NCBI RefSeq assembly: GCF_028641065.1
Contig: NC_073396.1
Coordinates: 10,602,001 to 10,666,000, forward strand
Length of the DNA: 64,000 nt
Source of the DNA: Leucoraja erinacea
Taxonomy: Eukaryota
Reading direction: 5' to 3'
Below, piece after piece: positions 62,908-64,000 of this stretch. The notes under the pieces are model-generated. The model made no database searches. It was not told the DNA's origin and worked only from the letters and a program-made list of their open reading frames with translations. Position 1 is the first letter of the stretch; each line of letters opens with the position of its first letter. Position numbers and translations under genes: made by a program.

Positions 62908-64000
62908 AAATGGCAAATAGTTAAAATATATTTCCAATATTGTTTCTATTTCAGTTTTCCAAGTATTGACACTATTTTACTTTGGTAAAGTTCTTCAATT
63001 ATGCTGGGGGGTCTGAGAAATGGATAACCGCAAGTTAGCCGCAAACTTACATTAATGTACAATATATGTTTCATGGAAGTTACAAAAGTCCACAACTGGC
63101 AACTTTAATGGACCCACTCAGACCCCACAGCTAAAGAATAACAATGTATGCCACACCTTAATATCTAGACTTCTGTCTCTTTAAATCTAAAGGCTTTGTA
63201 TGTAATGTCCATTGAAAATCCTGTGACTGATGCTTTGAATGTCTCCAAAACATGAACTCCTGCCCTGGCTTAAATGTAATAGCAGCATGAGGGTTAGGTT
63301 AGGTTTTGCCTGGCTTTCATCTTTTTAATGAACTGAAATAACATTTTTTAATACATTTCACTTTCCATCCGCCTCATTGGAGACCTTTGAATTTTCTTTA
63401 ATCAGAATTCAGTGTTATATCTTTGCACTAAATGTTGTACCCTTTATCCTTTCGCTTTGCACTGTGGATGCTTGATTGTGTTCATATATAGTCTTTTTTT
63501 TTGACAGGATATCAGACAAAAGATTTTCACTGTATCTCGGTACACATGACAATAATAAGCTAAATTAAATTGAACATTGTTAGGAATGGATAAAACTATA
63601 CTAAAGGGAAGGGCCACCACCTACAGTTTCACAAGGAAGATAATTCTCACATATTTCCAGTTTGCATTAACAGTTTGAATTTGGTGAGGCTAATAAACCG
63701 ATTGCTCCGATAAGCCATTTAGAACTTAAACTCCTTTATTGGAATGTGGGAATCACTGCAAGGGTTTTCACGCTTGGATCTGGGAAAATAAAGCACAACT
63801 TAAACATTATATAACTGGTCATTCCTAAAATTAAAAAAAGTGAAGCAAAGCTACTTACATGCTAACATTTTAATCTACTTACAATAATTGTTACATACCA
63901 ATCTAACATGGCTTAGACAGGGGAAGTTTGACCAAATTAGTTTCCATTATTGATTCCAACAAATATTGAAGATTATAGAATTTCACATGCATTCCTTTCC

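Overview
Eukaryotic, vertebrate genomic DNA. The repeat landscape (HE1/V-SINE-like SINEs, CR1, Rex1, Penelope-derived foldback elements, Helitrons) suggests a cartilaginous fish, probably a skate or ray; this is inference. Three complete spliced genes could be read by hand with GT-AG junctions and consistent exon phases, in the same order as human 16p13.3: a divergent C16orf89/UPF0764-like secreted protein gene (minus strand, 7 coding exons, 11367-31822, 307 aa), ALG1 (plus strand, 13 exons, 34157-47431, 486 aa) and EEF2KMT/FAM86 (minus strand, 8 exons, 47822-56473, 365 aa). A ~5 kb block containing the C16orf89/ALG1 head-to-head promoter (C16orf89 exon 1, ALG1 exons 1-2) is duplicated at ~189-7239. 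In that copy the ALG1 part is frameshifted but the C16orf89 exon is intact. Comparing the two copies gives filled and empty sites for a 2 kb Helitron, a probable solo LTR in a (TA)n tract and a 22-bp hAT-like micro-element. The most unusual item is a 741-bp TIR-bounded element in ALG1 intron 7 carrying a decayed ZFP36/TIS11 tandem CCCH zinc-finger fragment (apparent gene capture). There are also many Penelope-type repeats with minimal hammerhead-like cores. Homology calls come from recalled protein motifs, not database searches.
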